DNA from: a virus
IMG/VR virus record: IMGVR_UViG_3300035698_031273
Span: 43,070-107,069 of that record
Reading direction: 5' to 3' (one strand)
Length of the DNA: 64,000 nt
Shown here one piece after another: positions 23,001 to 32,442 of the stretch. The first letter of the stretch is position 1. Each line of letters begins with the position of its first letter. The notes under the pieces are model-generated. The model did not search any database, was not told where the DNA came from, and saw only the letters and a program-made list of their open reading frames with translations. The position numbers and the translations under genes were made by a program.

Positions 23001-26000
23001 AAATTGTTATTGGGAACTGACGATCAGGGAGTAAAGGCATATATAGTTAATAGTGATGGTAATACTGTAACGTTGACAGAACAAACTGATTTTACAATTG
23101 ATTTACCTAATACATTTATTACAGATATTAGAGTTGATGATAACAATGTGGTTTGGGTAGGAACAAAAGGAGGACTGGTCAGATACTATAATTTAACTTC
23201 TATTATATTTACTATTTCAGACGGACTGCCTTCTAATATTGTGAATGATATATCTATAAAGGATGTAAGTACTCGTTTTGTAGCAACTTCGAATGGGGTT
23301 GCCAAAATGAGTGGAAGTTATTTTATTAACTTTAGCTCATGGGATGATCATTTATATAATAATAATGTAAAAAGTGTAACTTGGAAGAACCCAAATATTC
23401 TTTGGTCAGGCACTATGTCTAGAATTTCTCAGTTGATATTTGATGATACCTCTGAATCGGTATCTGTTAAATACTATGAGCCAACTGAATATTCACGAAT
23501 AGCTCAAGATTACGACGACCTAATGACATTTTATATAGTAATGGACGATAGTACACAAACGATTGGTGAAAATTCTGTTGTTGAAGTATATTTAAATGGG
23601 AATAGGTTGTCTCATGGTTATGACATTTCACCGTCTCCTGTTAATATTATAAGGTTCAAAACAAATCTTAAATCTACAGATGTTGTAGATGTGACGGTAC
23701 GTAACAATTTAAAGATAATGAGTTCTTTTGCACAATCTGACAAAGAACGTGAAATTTTAGGTAGAAACACAATTAAAATAAAAGATATGGGGGTTAAAAG
23801 TGTAATAGATGGAGATATATTTGCTGCTACTGAAGGAGATGAAAATGAATTAAAAGTAAATGACAGCAATAGTAATCTACCTTTTGATAGTGTTCATTTT
23901 GATATTACTCCACCTACAGGTTCAATTACAATAGGTAAACAGTTGAATCGTAATACTGTTGAAGTTTCTATGACTGCAGATGATGGAACAAATGGTTCTG
24001 GGGTTGAGAGTATGATAATTTCTAATTATAGTAATTTTACTTCTGATGGAACTATAACTCAAAGTTCAATTCCTTTTGCTTCTAATTCTACTCATAATTT
24101 AGGATTTTCTACAGAAAATGTTGCTGATCAATATTTGTTTACTGTTGGTAATGGCAACTCCATTTGTTTTTTTGTTGCAGATGCTAATTATTTATGGTCG
24201 GGAACTTCTTTACCAGCAAAATTATATCAATATAATTTCTCAGAACAAGAATGGCAAGAAATTGTAGATTATGGAGATGATGATTATATTGATTTTGTTA
24301 CAAAATACAATAATAAGCTTATTGTTAGTGTTGGCTCAGATAGAGATTTTGCTAAAATTTATGTATATGATCTATCTTCTTCTTCTATAGATGTTTTGTC
24401 GTTTTCTTTATATGTTTTTGAAGAGTCACGGGCATATTGTTATCGTGAACTTAATGATGTATTGTATATTGGTACTGGTTTAGGAACTGGAGATGTATAT
24501 GGGTCCAGAAAAGGAGATAGTGGACACATTTGGAGTTTTGATGGTCAAGTAGTTGTTTCACTTGTGGGGGGATTAGGAGAAGATGTCTATTCTTTAGCTG
24601 AGGCAAATGATACTTTGTATGCTGCCACAGGAGCAGAAGGCTCTATTTATGAGATTAATCCTATTGACTCTACTTCATTTATGATACATAAGGAGAATAG
24701 TGCTTTAATATCTGCTGAAAGTGTGGAATTCAATAGTAAACAGTTGTTATTTTTTGGGGGAGAAAATACAGGGTCTATTCTAAGAACTTATGTAGAGAGT
24801 TATTCATTTTATAGGTCTTTTCAGACAGTTGCTTCTAATATTTCAGTTCTCAAAACTTTTCTCAATAGTGATGGAACCTATACTATCTATGCCGTGGTTG
24901 GGAAATCTTTATATTATTTCTCTCAGGATGGGAACTGGACATGGAAATATACTCATAATGAAAATATTAATGATATAACTTGGGATGTGAATACAGAAGT
25001 TATTTATGTTATTTCCAATAACAAAATAACCAAGATAGAACCAATTACAACAAATAAAAATGTTTATTTGCAACTTGTTGATAGGGCTGGAAATAAGAGT
25101 TTACTATATGATTCGGAAGGAAATATAATTGCAAGTATGGTCGGTAGCATTTCTATATCTTCACTTATTGGTTTTGTTAATGAGAATAAAGTATTTGAAG
25201 TGGATGAAGATGGTGAAATTGTTTATTCTTTAAATAGCGATAGTAAATTTTATTCAGGAACTCGTATTGAAGAGGAAAAGGGAGTATATGAGAGTGAAAT
25301 TTTTGACGGTACAAATGATTTAGTTAAATGGGATACTATATCTTGGCAGGTAACCGAGTTAGACAATACTTCTGTTTTGGTATATGTCAGAAGTTCGTCT
25401 TCTCAAACAGATATTCTTTTAGAAGAATGGATTGGACCTTATACAACTTTAGATTCTAATGGAGTAGATATTAGTAGTTTTGGTGCTAAATATTTTCAAT
25501 TTAAGACAGAACTTATTAGTCAACAAAAAAATATTAGTCCGCTTTTTCATAGGGCTAGTATAAGAGTAATTACAAAAGAAGCTGTTCATTTCTTCACTAC
25601 TAATTTCATTTTGCCAAGTTCTGTTCGCAAGGGTTTGTTAACCAGTGAAAAAATAACACCTATTGCTGCTGATATTGTATTTGGGATAAATTCTTCAAAT
25701 TCAGTAGATTTTTCTGAGTACCAGATAATAGATGATAATAGACTGTTTGCCAATACTCAAAATGGAGAAAATTTGAGGGTTGGGATAAAACTTATAAGTC
25801 CAAGTAGATCTGTATTAGAGCCAGTAGATTATGGAGAATATGGTCCTTATCGTTCTCTTCTTTATGTTAATACTGTTGATTTCGATTTTACAAACTCAAC
25901 CAGTTCAACAAGAAATTATTATTTTGAAGTTGAATTTTATCAAGATATATTATTAAATAATTTGATATGTTCTGTTTCGACAGAGGGGTCTCAAGAGGGT

Positions 26001-26693
26001 TTCAATATTGATGGTCAGGCTCCGGTTGCTGGTGGACATGCTATAGTTAGTGGTGATACTGCTTCTGTTTTTCTAGCGGTATCTGGTAGCATTAACTTAA
26101 GATGTAATATTTATTATTATCCTCGTATAAGAGCATATTATTATGACGGTCTAGGTAACAAGGTATATTCATTAATTTCTGATGGACATTCATTTATAGC
26201 TTCCTGTGGAACATCTTTTGTTGACACTATTAATTTCGGTTTTGAGAATAGTACTTCTGTTCAACAAACATATAATTTTAGGATTAGATTTTATACAGAT
26301 CCTGAACGAACTAATGAGCATTTGGTAGTTTATAGTGGAAATGATACCACAGGTTGGTCTGTCAATGGTTCTAGCATGTCTATTTCTGGAGTAACTATTT
26401 CTCCTGGAGGATCTGTTGATGTTTTATATGATCCGGATAGTTCTTTATTCACACCATTTACTACCTACTATTTAACAATAGATACTTTTGATGGTAGCGA
26501 ATTCGTTCCTGGTTCTTATAGTTACACGTTTCAAGCTAGGGATATTACTAGCTTAGAGTATTGTGGTCCTTATGTTGACGTTCCCATTGTTAAAAACTTT
26601 GCATTAATGATAGAGTTGGTTAATAGCGAGTTAATAAGAATTAATGCTGGAGAAGCAGGAGTTGATAGAACTCTTGGTATACAAATTATTTAA
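20091..26693 (+). CDS. Giant multidomain virion/adhesin protein (LamG, WED propeller, two-component-regulator-type propeller, Ig-like repeats)
   Basis: 2200 aa. N-terminal LamG (PIMYWKLD, FTLEAWIKP, GYIDEVVAYN); HVVWEDHRSGKPEIF; VWVGTKGGL...SDGLPSNIVNDI. Confidence 0.7.
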   Translation: MSTYKNLILSNNPIMYWKLDTSGLSSRPPYTEFYDEMSYRNGASVSLYGYDFSLYSDDSLVLSDSSGKSIYQPFDVAGTPHYITDISTEFTNVGGTSVLQVGGSILYPFTLEAWIKPISLPTDASQALIMGHYDRTGVSYTGCSVTIDRWGVIRAGACLPCGAAGTIASYAIAVINHVYHIVFVKKSNLTTELWINGVLEGTGSHLSPSGTINSGFRIFYGPWYSTFSGYIDEVVAYNHVLDETDIQEHYELGTTSGILPDIIDTTGESVYTEYGRITGGKWYYSQNKPGSRWYDTVDNSMGWTVDMGLQIVDINNSMILSTNEPPNGMGVYINDGTRQESIYFFQQEIYFTNAKEKVLYDATQLSDYFVVGKGDSLKLFARPDGETLWQELASVGFSTSATNEGNASRPRITQSISNELYAVWQEDVTVSSHIYYSVFGDSWENPVAIVKNSYGVSNPDIVIDANNVISIVYESKQIDYTNIGFIEKTSLGWSNEEFLTAEVGDSVSSKITFDSLGNLHVVWEDHRSGKPEIFSIKRDSVSLKWSEPRKLYTSQYGSLRPSISSYLDDIFVSWTEKESDGSSKILALSFDATTLVSTDAITIPSFYFRADNSCVVANMSGSVFICWVDERDQFDEIYFRIIIKTFDPSDMSPRLVPQSSVMLVTNGHGAADHPDISESTSTGDIYIVWEDYFDAENDPSALSNPYIAETFKQRKTIFLAWYDSSEGILYSSGQGYSDTKVIFDDMRSATFPAIPQNFSSNVPIIYQMMSQYENDWLYTKERFERIGYFGCDTPLTEEFNVTNNVDYGVRNDWTISRVLEGKEIRFGDFSNSLTGQLLFTHFKYYTDDAVEPLVIKEISSDQFKIGALDVFDGAVSNAGDAWLVGPCGVLFFSNSNGTIFLVGTQAEVDDLGAAVVGPEEGIRALAFDKNNIMFLGCKTGLYYSINHYGGFYKLSGPPDNITTVAFDKNNKLLLGTDDQGVKAYIVNSDGNTVTLTEQTDFTIDLPNTFITDIRVDDNNVVWVGTKGGLVRYYNLTSIIFTISDGLPSNIVNDISIKDVSTRFVATSNGVAKMSGSYFINFSSWDDHLYNNNVKSVTWKNPNILWSGTMSRISQLIFDDTSESVSVKYYEPTEYSRIAQDYDDLMTFYIVMDDSTQTIGENSVVEVYLNGNRLSHGYDISPSPVNIIRFKTNLKSTDVVDVTVRNNLKIMSSFAQSDKEREILGRNTIKIKDMGVKSVIDGDIFAATEGDENELKVNDSNSNLPFDSVHFDITPPTGSITIGKQLNRNTVEVSMTADDGTNGSGVESMIISNYSNFTSDGTITQSSIPFASNSTHNLGFSTENVADQYLFTVGNGNSICFFVADANYLWSGTSLPAKLYQYNFSEQEWQEIVDYGDDDYIDFVTKYNNKLIVSVGSDRDFAKIYVYDLSSSSIDVLSFSLYVFEESRAYCYRELNDVLYIGTGLGTGDVYGSRKGDSGHIWSFDGQVVVSLVGGLGEDVYSLAEANDTLYAATGAEGSIYEINPIDSTSFMIHKENSALISAESVEFNSKQLLFFGGENTGSILRTYVESYSFYRSFQTVASNISVLKTFLNSDGTYTIYAVVGKSLYYFSQDGNWTWKYTHNENINDITWDVNTEVIYVISNNKITKIEPITTNKNVYLQLVDRAGNKSLLYDSEGNIIASMVGSISISSLIGFVNENKVFEVDEDGEIVYSLNSDSKFYSGTRIEEEKGVYESEIFDGTNDLVKWDTISWQVTELDNTSVLVYVRSSSSQTDILLEEWIGPYTTLDSNGVDISSFGAKYFQFKTELISQQKNISPLFHRASIRVITKEAVHFFTTNFILPSSVRKGLLTSEKITPIAADIVFGINSSNSVDFSEYQIIDDNRLFANTQNGENLRVGIKLISPSRSVLEPVDYGEYGPYRSLLYVNTVDFDFTNSTSSTRNYYFEVEFYQDILLNNLICSVSTEGSQEGFNIDGQAPVAGGHAIVSGDTASVFLAVSGSINLRCNIYYYPRIRAYYYDGLGNKVYSLISDGHSFIASCGTSFVDTINFGFENSTSVQQTYNFRIRFYTDPERTNEHLVVYSGNDTTGWSVNGSSMSISGVTISPGGSVDVLYDPDSSLFTPFTTYYLTIDTFDGSEFVPGSYSYTFQARDITSLEYCGPYVDVPIVKNFALMIELVNSELIRINAGEAGVDRTLGIQII

Positions 26694-26698
26694 ACAAA

Positions 26699-29600
26699 AT
26701 GCCTATTTTAACACCTCATTATAGTTTAACTGCATTCAACTGGGGAGACATTTATTCGTCTGCTGCAGATAAATCTAGATTTACCATAATTGATAATCAA
26801 CTAGCTTTTTTATCAGATAGGGTTGGAGATGGACGTATAGATGGATGGCAAGTAACTGTGGAGAACTATTCTACCAGAGAAATATCTGTTTCTTATGGTT
26901 TTGGTATAATAGATAGATTTGCTACTTATACTCATGGAGTTGTGTCTACTCAAGTTCCATTAGATCGTATTAGTTATTTATATATGAGACGTAAAAATAA
27001 TTTATTAGGAGGGTTTAGTGGATATTCAAATCGAGCAACCTTTTCTTATTTGGATACTATTTCACCTTTAGCCCCATCTAATTTAAATATTTCTTCTCTC
27101 TCTTCTTACAGTTTAACTCTTTCTTGGAATGCTAATTCTGAAGCAGATATAAATAATTATAGAGTATATAAAAGTTCTGATGGTATTACATATACATTCT
27201 TAGAAGATACTGTAAAAAATACTTATACCGATTCTACTGTAGATGAAAATACAATTTATTTTTACAGGGTATATGCAGTTGATAATAGCGGTAATATAAG
27301 TGATCCTTCTGCTATTTTCATTTCGACTTTAGCAGATGATACCGTGCCGTCCAATCCAACATATTTTCAAGTTTATGAAGGAGATGAAAGTTTACAAATT
27401 CTTTGGGACCCAGCTCCAGCAGGTAATTTAAAAATTCCAGGGACTTTAATGACATATGAAATAGTTCTGGATTTATTAGATGAAGCAGGACAGTCAACAG
27501 GAGATGAATTTAGTATTCATTCTGATGATGCAGAAAATAAATTAATTGCTCGTGATTTACTTAATGGTCGTAGTTATAAGGTTACTATTTATTCTATTAG
27601 TAAAAGTGATGTTTTGTCAACTGGATTATCTCTTGTTAGAACACCTAGATATAATCAAGGTGCTACAGAAGTAGATTCAGTTAGTGTAACTTATAGACGA
27701 GGAATTGTTGAAGATATAGACATAGTTATGATGATTACATGGGTTTTTGAACCGGATCCTTCATCTTCAGATATTGGTCCTGGAAAGATTCCGGATAAGT
27801 ACACGGTTACTGTAATTGAAAATGGAGCACGAGAGGGAGAGCCTATTTATGTTTTAGGTTCAGATGCAACTTCAATTAATTTGAGATTATTACCATTTAA
27901 AGATTCATCTGGTTCCATTATATATGAATATGTAAAGCCATATACAGAATATACAATTATTGTTCGTACTGTTTATGAGGAAATGGTTAGCAATGGAAAC
28001 GTTAAAAGAACTACTAGTCCCGTATATCAAGTTCCTTTGCCAGTTAGTAATTTAGAGGCAGTTAGAAAAAATAATAATGATGTATTATTCAGGTGGAATA
28101 ATACGACATCTCCTTATTTTTCCCATAATATAGTTAGTTGTACAATAGTTTATTTAGACGATCCTAGTCAAGCAGATATTATTATAGCAAGTGGCTTAGA
28201 CATAGGAAAAGCCACTACTTATATAGTTGATTCTTCATATTTTGTATCTTCTGCAAGGTATGAATTTAATATTCAAGTTTTTGATTTATTTGACAATGAG
28301 AGTGTTATAAAACAAGTTATGTATTCAACTCCTGATGCAGTTGTTTTAGGCAAACCTAGCGTGCCAAACAATCAGGATATTTCTTTAAGATATGGGGAAA
28401 TAAAGATATTTTGGGACCCAATGAGTGAAGAAGAAATTACAGGATATAGGATATATCGTGCTGTTTATAATGTATTTTTAAGACCTTCTAATTTTGTGCG
28501 TTTGAGCACATTGTCTTCTGGACAAGTTGAATATTCTGATTATGTTGTTGATACAGAAATTATTTATGCTTATTTTGTAACTTCTATTGATATTTTTGGT
28601 ATTGAATCTTTAAATCCTGTAGATGATAATTATATGTCGTATCCTTTATTGATTGGAAGTGCTATGTTAAATGCTTCTTTTTCAACTCCAACTAATTTAA
28701 CAGCGGTTGAATCTGGTCTAAGTGCATATTTAACATGGGATTTATCTAATGAATTATTTGATGGCTATCAAATATTTAGATCTAGGGGGAATGATTATTC
28801 TTTTGAGCATATAGGATCAGCCGGTTTTTCAGAAACTACTTTTTTAGATGAAAATGCTTTAATCATATCCGGAGACTATTATTATGTTGTAAGAAAGTTT
28901 AAAAATGAAGGACAGTTATTTATAACAGAATCTACTGTCATTCCTTCTTCGGCAATAATATTAGCTAAAATAACTTGTTCCACAGATCCATTATCTATAA
29001 CAGGTATTTCTATCATTATAGATCAGACTGTTGCTAATGAAATTAAAAATTTACAGGATTTAATTTATTCAGAAACACAAGAGCAAATAGAGGCTCATAA
29101 GCATGTATTTGATACTGAACGTGATGTTGATAAAAGAATAGATCTTTATTCTAATATCGTTGTTGTAAATTGGATTACTCCTGATTATCGTACATATACA
29201 ACAGATACAGACATACAGGGAGCTACAACATATATATTAAAAGTAAGTGGAACGGTTAATGAAGATTATTTTGTAGATGAAAATGGAAATGTTCAGACAG
29301 CTAAAATAGAGACTGCTAAAGATGGGTATTCTCCTATAAATTATCAGGTTGATTTAGATAATGGAGATATAACATTTGAAGCAACGTTGTATAGTCCTGT
29401 TTCTGGTGTTTCTGTTCCATATTCCACTGTCCCCTTTGTTTCATTGCAGGTCATTGGTATTGTTGAGACTCAAAATGATTTGCCAAGTTCTAGGTTAGAG
29501 AATTTAAGTGCAACACAGATAGTATCTGGAAAATTAAATACTGTTCAACTTCCGTCTATTTCTCATCAAGGAAGACTTAATGAAGAACTAATACCTATTG

Positions 29601-32416
29601 GGATATCGTTAATATCTGTTGATAATTTTGTTTATTTATTTTCTAGTGTCAATTCTCCTGATAATAGTTTTGGAACTTGTATAACTTTTTATGATATTAT
29701 TGGGGTTCAAGACAGTGATAGTGAATTGTTGGCTGCTACTAGCAATGGGATATTATACAGTGATAATTTAGGAGTAGAATGGTCAAGAAAATTTACTATT
29801 AATATTCCTATTTTTAAATTATTTTATTCTGTTTCTCTTGGTATTTATTTTGCTTTAACGAATTATTCAGTATATTATTTAAAAGAAGATTCTTTTTCTG
29901 AATGGGAAGAAATGGGAGGAACGCAAGCGGCAAAAGTTATAAGAGATATTACAGAAGATAATGGTGGTAATCTTTATATAACTACGGATTTGGGAGTTTA
30001 CAAATTAAAAAGACAATATGCTTTTAGAGAATTTGAATGGGAACAACTACCTATATTAGGTCCTCGTAGTACTGATGCATATGGTATTTTATATGATTCT
30101 AGACTTGATCGTTTGCTTGTTAGTAATGAGATTGGAGTTCTTGAATCTTATAATGGAGGTCAATCATGGAACTTCACTTCGGAATTTTCTGAACAAACAA
30201 AAATACGTTCTTTTGCTCAAAATAATGATTTTATTTTTGCTCTTACAGATGATGAAATTTGGAGAGAAGCTCCAGATGAAAATTTCGTAAAGGTTTCAGA
30301 TTTATTTTCTAATAGATGTCTTAAAATTGATATTTATGATGGTATTATTTATGTTGCTTCTGATATAGGACTTATTTCTTCTAGAGATTATGCAAATATA
30401 TATACAGATGTTTCTTTGGATATTTCTCTAGCTTTTCCAGAAATGGATCGTAATGGTTTCTCTCCCCCAGTATATGCTATTAGACAAATAGATAATATGT
30501 TCTTTGTTGGCACAGAAAGAAGACTTTATTTTTATAATGAAAATAAATTATTATTGCAATATGATGAAGCAAATACTGTTGTTCCTTCTTTTTATATTGA
30601 TGACGAGATACAAGAAATAGGAGTATACTATAATAACTATGATGAAAATTCTGTTTCCTTTGAGGAAAAACAAAATTATTCTTCAAAAATAGTTGTAGCA
30701 AATAAATATAACGAGTATAAATGTAAATATAGTGGATGGGCTCAGCAAAAATTTAATGCCCAAGTTTATATATATGTGAATGGAACGAAACTTGCAGAAT
30801 CCACAAATATATTGATAGACAAAACACCATTCTATGATTTTGTTTTTCCAACCTATAATGATTTAAATAGTAATTTAAGTACTGCTCAAACTGCCGAGAT
30901 ATTAGCAACTACAGCTATAAATAATTTGCTAGATGTTGATATTACTGTGGTGATTAATAATCAAATATCAGATCAAGTTTCTAATGTTTACGATTTGTTA
31001 GAAAAATTTCTTTCTCAGTTGTACCCTGGTGCTCGTTATATTAATGGTGTGTCTATTTCTCTTCCTCAACTTACCTACGAACTATATGATAATACTGGTA
31101 GAGTTGATAATGATGGCAAAACGGTTTACGAATCATTTACTCCACCTATAACTGTTAATATTACTTCGGGTCAGGTTCAATTAGATAAAAATATGGATAA
31201 GTATGATGATATTAGAATGGATATAATAGGAGTTTCGGTTAAAAATATTGGAGAATTAAGTCATTTAGAATTGGAAGATAATTTTGAATATATAAATTCT
31301 GGTTTATCTACTGGTTTGTCTCAAGTAGCCCATAGTAACTTAGTAAAAACAGGAATTTTTTGTGAATTAACATGGCCAGATGAGATGGGAAATTACATAA
31401 CTTTAGAACAAACAAAGTATATTGTTCCAAGAACGAGGGATTGGTATGATAAGTTGAACTCAACTATTGATTATTCTAAAGAAAAATTTGCTGAGACCAT
31501 TAATCTTTCTTTACCATATGCTCTAACATCTACTTATGTAAGTACTAATAATAAAGTATATGTTGGTGGGCCAGGGGGAATACTTGCTTTTAATTTTGAT
31601 AGTTTAAATGTTGTGGAATTTTCTATTCCTAGCGAACCAGATGTCACCATTAAGAATCTTCTTTTTTATGATGGTATATTATATGCACTGACTGAAAGAA
31701 ATCTTTATAAAAGTATTAATTTGGGAGTTACATGGTCTGGTATAGATCGGACTGGTTTGGGTAATGATCTTTACACAATGGCAATATTAAACAATAATTT
31801 TGTTGTGGGATGTGGAGATGGAGTTTATTGTAAAACAAACAATGAAACAACATGGAGAAATACGGTAAATAGTAATAGTCCCGTAGAAACCATGATTAGT
31901 CCTGATAGATTATTTGTTATAGTAGACAATAGTATATATTATAGTTCTGATACTTTGAATTTTTTTAAAGTTGAGTATACTGTGGATGCTTATTTTTCTG
32001 GAGTATCTCCACATCCTAGTTATGCAGTTTCTTCCGATATTATCATAAGAGGGTTGTCAAAACATAGGGGAGTTGTTTATGTAGCTACTGATGATGGTTT
32101 ATATACTGATGCTGGCAGTTTTTATGGAAATAGGCCAATATTAAGATTAGTGGATTTATGCGATAATTTGCAGGATTCTAGTAAATTATCTGTAAATGCA
32201 ATTAATGAAGATACTAATAGACTGGTTGTAGGCTTGTCAGATGGTAGTTATTATATTCTTGAAGATAATCAATTTACTTATTATCCTTATTCTGGATTAC
32301 AAACTATTCAGGAAATACTTTTGGAAAATGAAATTATTTGGTTTTTTGGACAGGATATGGCTAAACGAGAATTTGTTGAAACCCCGTTTAAACTTTCTAT
32401 TGCTGCTCCTGTATAG
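26699..32416 (+). CDS. Tail-fibre-like protein with FN3 array and BNR/propeller C-terminal region
   Basis: Classic FN3 (TLSWNANSEADINNYRVYKS...YFYRVYAVDNSGN) repeated at ~27050-28900; BNR-like YSDNLGVEW, SYNGGQSW, KSINLGVTW; AHKH motif. Confidence 0.75.
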   Translation: MPILTPHYSLTAFNWGDIYSSAADKSRFTIIDNQLAFLSDRVGDGRIDGWQVTVENYSTREISVSYGFGIIDRFATYTHGVVSTQVPLDRISYLYMRRKNNLLGGFSGYSNRATFSYLDTISPLAPSNLNISSLSSYSLTLSWNANSEADINNYRVYKSSDGITYTFLEDTVKNTYTDSTVDENTIYFYRVYAVDNSGNISDPSAIFISTLADDTVPSNPTYFQVYEGDESLQILWDPAPAGNLKIPGTLMTYEIVLDLLDEAGQSTGDEFSIHSDDAENKLIARDLLNGRSYKVTIYSISKSDVLSTGLSLVRTPRYNQGATEVDSVSVTYRRGIVEDIDIVMMITWVFEPDPSSSDIGPGKIPDKYTVTVIENGAREGEPIYVLGSDATSINLRLLPFKDSSGSIIYEYVKPYTEYTIIVRTVYEEMVSNGNVKRTTSPVYQVPLPVSNLEAVRKNNNDVLFRWNNTTSPYFSHNIVSCTIVYLDDPSQADIIIASGLDIGKATTYIVDSSYFVSSARYEFNIQVFDLFDNESVIKQVMYSTPDAVVLGKPSVPNNQDISLRYGEIKIFWDPMSEEEITGYRIYRAVYNVFLRPSNFVRLSTLSSGQVEYSDYVVDTEIIYAYFVTSIDIFGIESLNPVDDNYMSYPLLIGSAMLNASFSTPTNLTAVESGLSAYLTWDLSNELFDGYQIFRSRGNDYSFEHIGSAGFSETTFLDENALIISGDYYYVVRKFKNEGQLFITESTVIPSSAIILAKITCSTDPLSITGISIIIDQTVANEIKNLQDLIYSETQEQIEAHKHVFDTERDVDKRIDLYSNIVVVNWITPDYRTYTTDTDIQGATTYILKVSGTVNEDYFVDENGNVQTAKIETAKDGYSPINYQVDLDNGDITFEATLYSPVSGVSVPYSTVPFVSLQVIGIVETQNDLPSSRLENLSATQIVSGKLNTVQLPSISHQGRLNEELIPIGISLISVDNFVYLFSSVNSPDNSFGTCITFYDIIGVQDSDSELLAATSNGILYSDNLGVEWSRKFTINIPIFKLFYSVSLGIYFALTNYSVYYLKEDSFSEWEEMGGTQAAKVIRDITEDNGGNLYITTDLGVYKLKRQYAFREFEWEQLPILGPRSTDAYGILYDSRLDRLLVSNEIGVLESYNGGQSWNFTSEFSEQTKIRSFAQNNDFIFALTDDEIWREAPDENFVKVSDLFSNRCLKIDIYDGIIYVASDIGLISSRDYANIYTDVSLDISLAFPEMDRNGFSPPVYAIRQIDNMFFVGTERRLYFYNENKLLLQYDEANTVVPSFYIDDEIQEIGVYYNNYDENSVSFEEKQNYSSKIVVANKYNEYKCKYSGWAQQKFNAQVYIYVNGTKLAESTNILIDKTPFYDFVFPTYNDLNSNLSTAQTAEILATTAINNLLDVDITVVINNQISDQVSNVYDLLEKFLSQLYPGARYINGVSISLPQLTYELYDNTGRVDNDGKTVYESFTPPITVNITSGQVQLDKNMDKYDDIRMDIIGVSVKNIGELSHLELEDNFEYINSGLSTGLSQVAHSNLVKTGIFCELTWPDEMGNYITLEQTKYIVPRTRDWYDKLNSTIDYSKEKFAETINLSLPYALTSTYVSTNNKVYVGGPGGILAFNFDSLNVVEFSIPSEPDVTIKNLLFYDGILYALTERNLYKSINLGVTWSGIDRTGLGNDLYTMAILNNNFVVGCGDGVYCKTNNETTWRNTVNSNSPVETMISPDRLFVIVDNSIYYSSDTLNFFKVEYTVDAYFSGVSPHPSYAVSSDIIIRGLSKHRGVVYVATDDGLYTDAGSFYGNRPILRLVDLCDNLQDSSKLSVNAINEDTNRLVVGLSDGSYYILEDNQFTYYPYSGLQTIQEILLENEIIWFFGQDMAKREFVETPFKLSIAAPV

Positions 32417-32442
32417 AGAATACAAAATTATGTTTAAATTTA

